From NCBI GenBank assembly GCA_913049785.1, contig CAJWXP010000007.1, positions 7,078 to 71,077 of the forward strand: a stretch of 64,000 bases of DNA, written 5' to 3'. Positions 63,866-64,000 of this stretch are shown one piece after another. Origin of the DNA: an uncultured Dehalococcoidia bacterium. GTDB lineage: Bacteria > Chloroflexota > Dehalococcoidia > Lucifugimonadales > UBA1127. A program made the position numbers and the translations under genes. The first letter of the stretch is position 1. Every line of letters starts with the position of its first letter. The notes beneath the pieces are model-generated. The model made no database searches. It worked only from the letters and a program-made list of their open reading frames with translations, and was not told where the DNA came from.

Positions 63866-64000
63866 CTATGCTATCTGGGTGAAACGCTTCAGTCAATATT
63901 CCCCATATGTCAAAAGGATTATGGGGCCCAGTAGCCCATCTTTTTGTGCGAAGCTCGGGAGTTGAGGCTAGGCATCAGCCCAGAATCGAACTGACCGGAT

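Overview
A gene-dense, GC-rich bacterial chromosome segment of about 60 CDS, roughly three quarters on the minus strand, with GGAGG-type Shine-Dalgarno sites. It opens with a housekeeping pntAA-pntAB-pntB transhydrogenase operon; pntB runs off the left edge and is missing from the ORF track. It also carries fhs. Most of the window is accessory oxidative and catabolic content. There are ten paralogous alpha-only Rieske [2Fe-2S] oxygenases of the phthalate-dioxygenase type (R1-R10), five of them head to tail at 24.1-30.8 kb. There are four family-5 ABC substrate-binding lipoproteins (S1-S4) with Ala/Pro-rich linkers, but no ABC permease or ATPase gene. The rest comprises five MFS transporters, two LysR regulators divergent from oxygenase modules, two luciferase-like (LLM) oxidoreductases, and DinB, VOC, PPOX, MOSC, alpha/beta-hydrolase, amidohydrolase_2, SDR, 2-hydroxyacid-dehydrogenase and TPP enzymes. 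It also holds a hydantoinase-DUF917 pair, three tandem double-RidA genes and a tandem duplication of a cytoplasmic NMT1/SBP-fold gene. No reductase or ferredoxin partner for the oxygenases is present. Several lower-GC patches interrupt this background (hand counts of a few 60-nt lines give about 37-47 percent GC against about 55-68 percent elsewhere). One carries a TdeIII-like restriction endonuclease with no methyltransferase (35.2-36.7 kb). One is a large-serine-recombinase C-terminal relic beside a tRNA T-loop-like motif (42.8-43.3 kb). One carries an HEPN (Rx4H) ORF with ambiguous or possibly frameshifted coding (59.4-61.2 kb). One is a startless ORF at the right edge. I found no rRNA, intact tRNA, CRISPR array or intact IS/transposase. 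The candidates I rank highest are the oxygenase battery with its orphan binding proteins, and the two defence-like islets. The gene content resembles paralog expansions I recall for marine Chloroflexota (SAR202-like); that attribution is inference only and was not checked.
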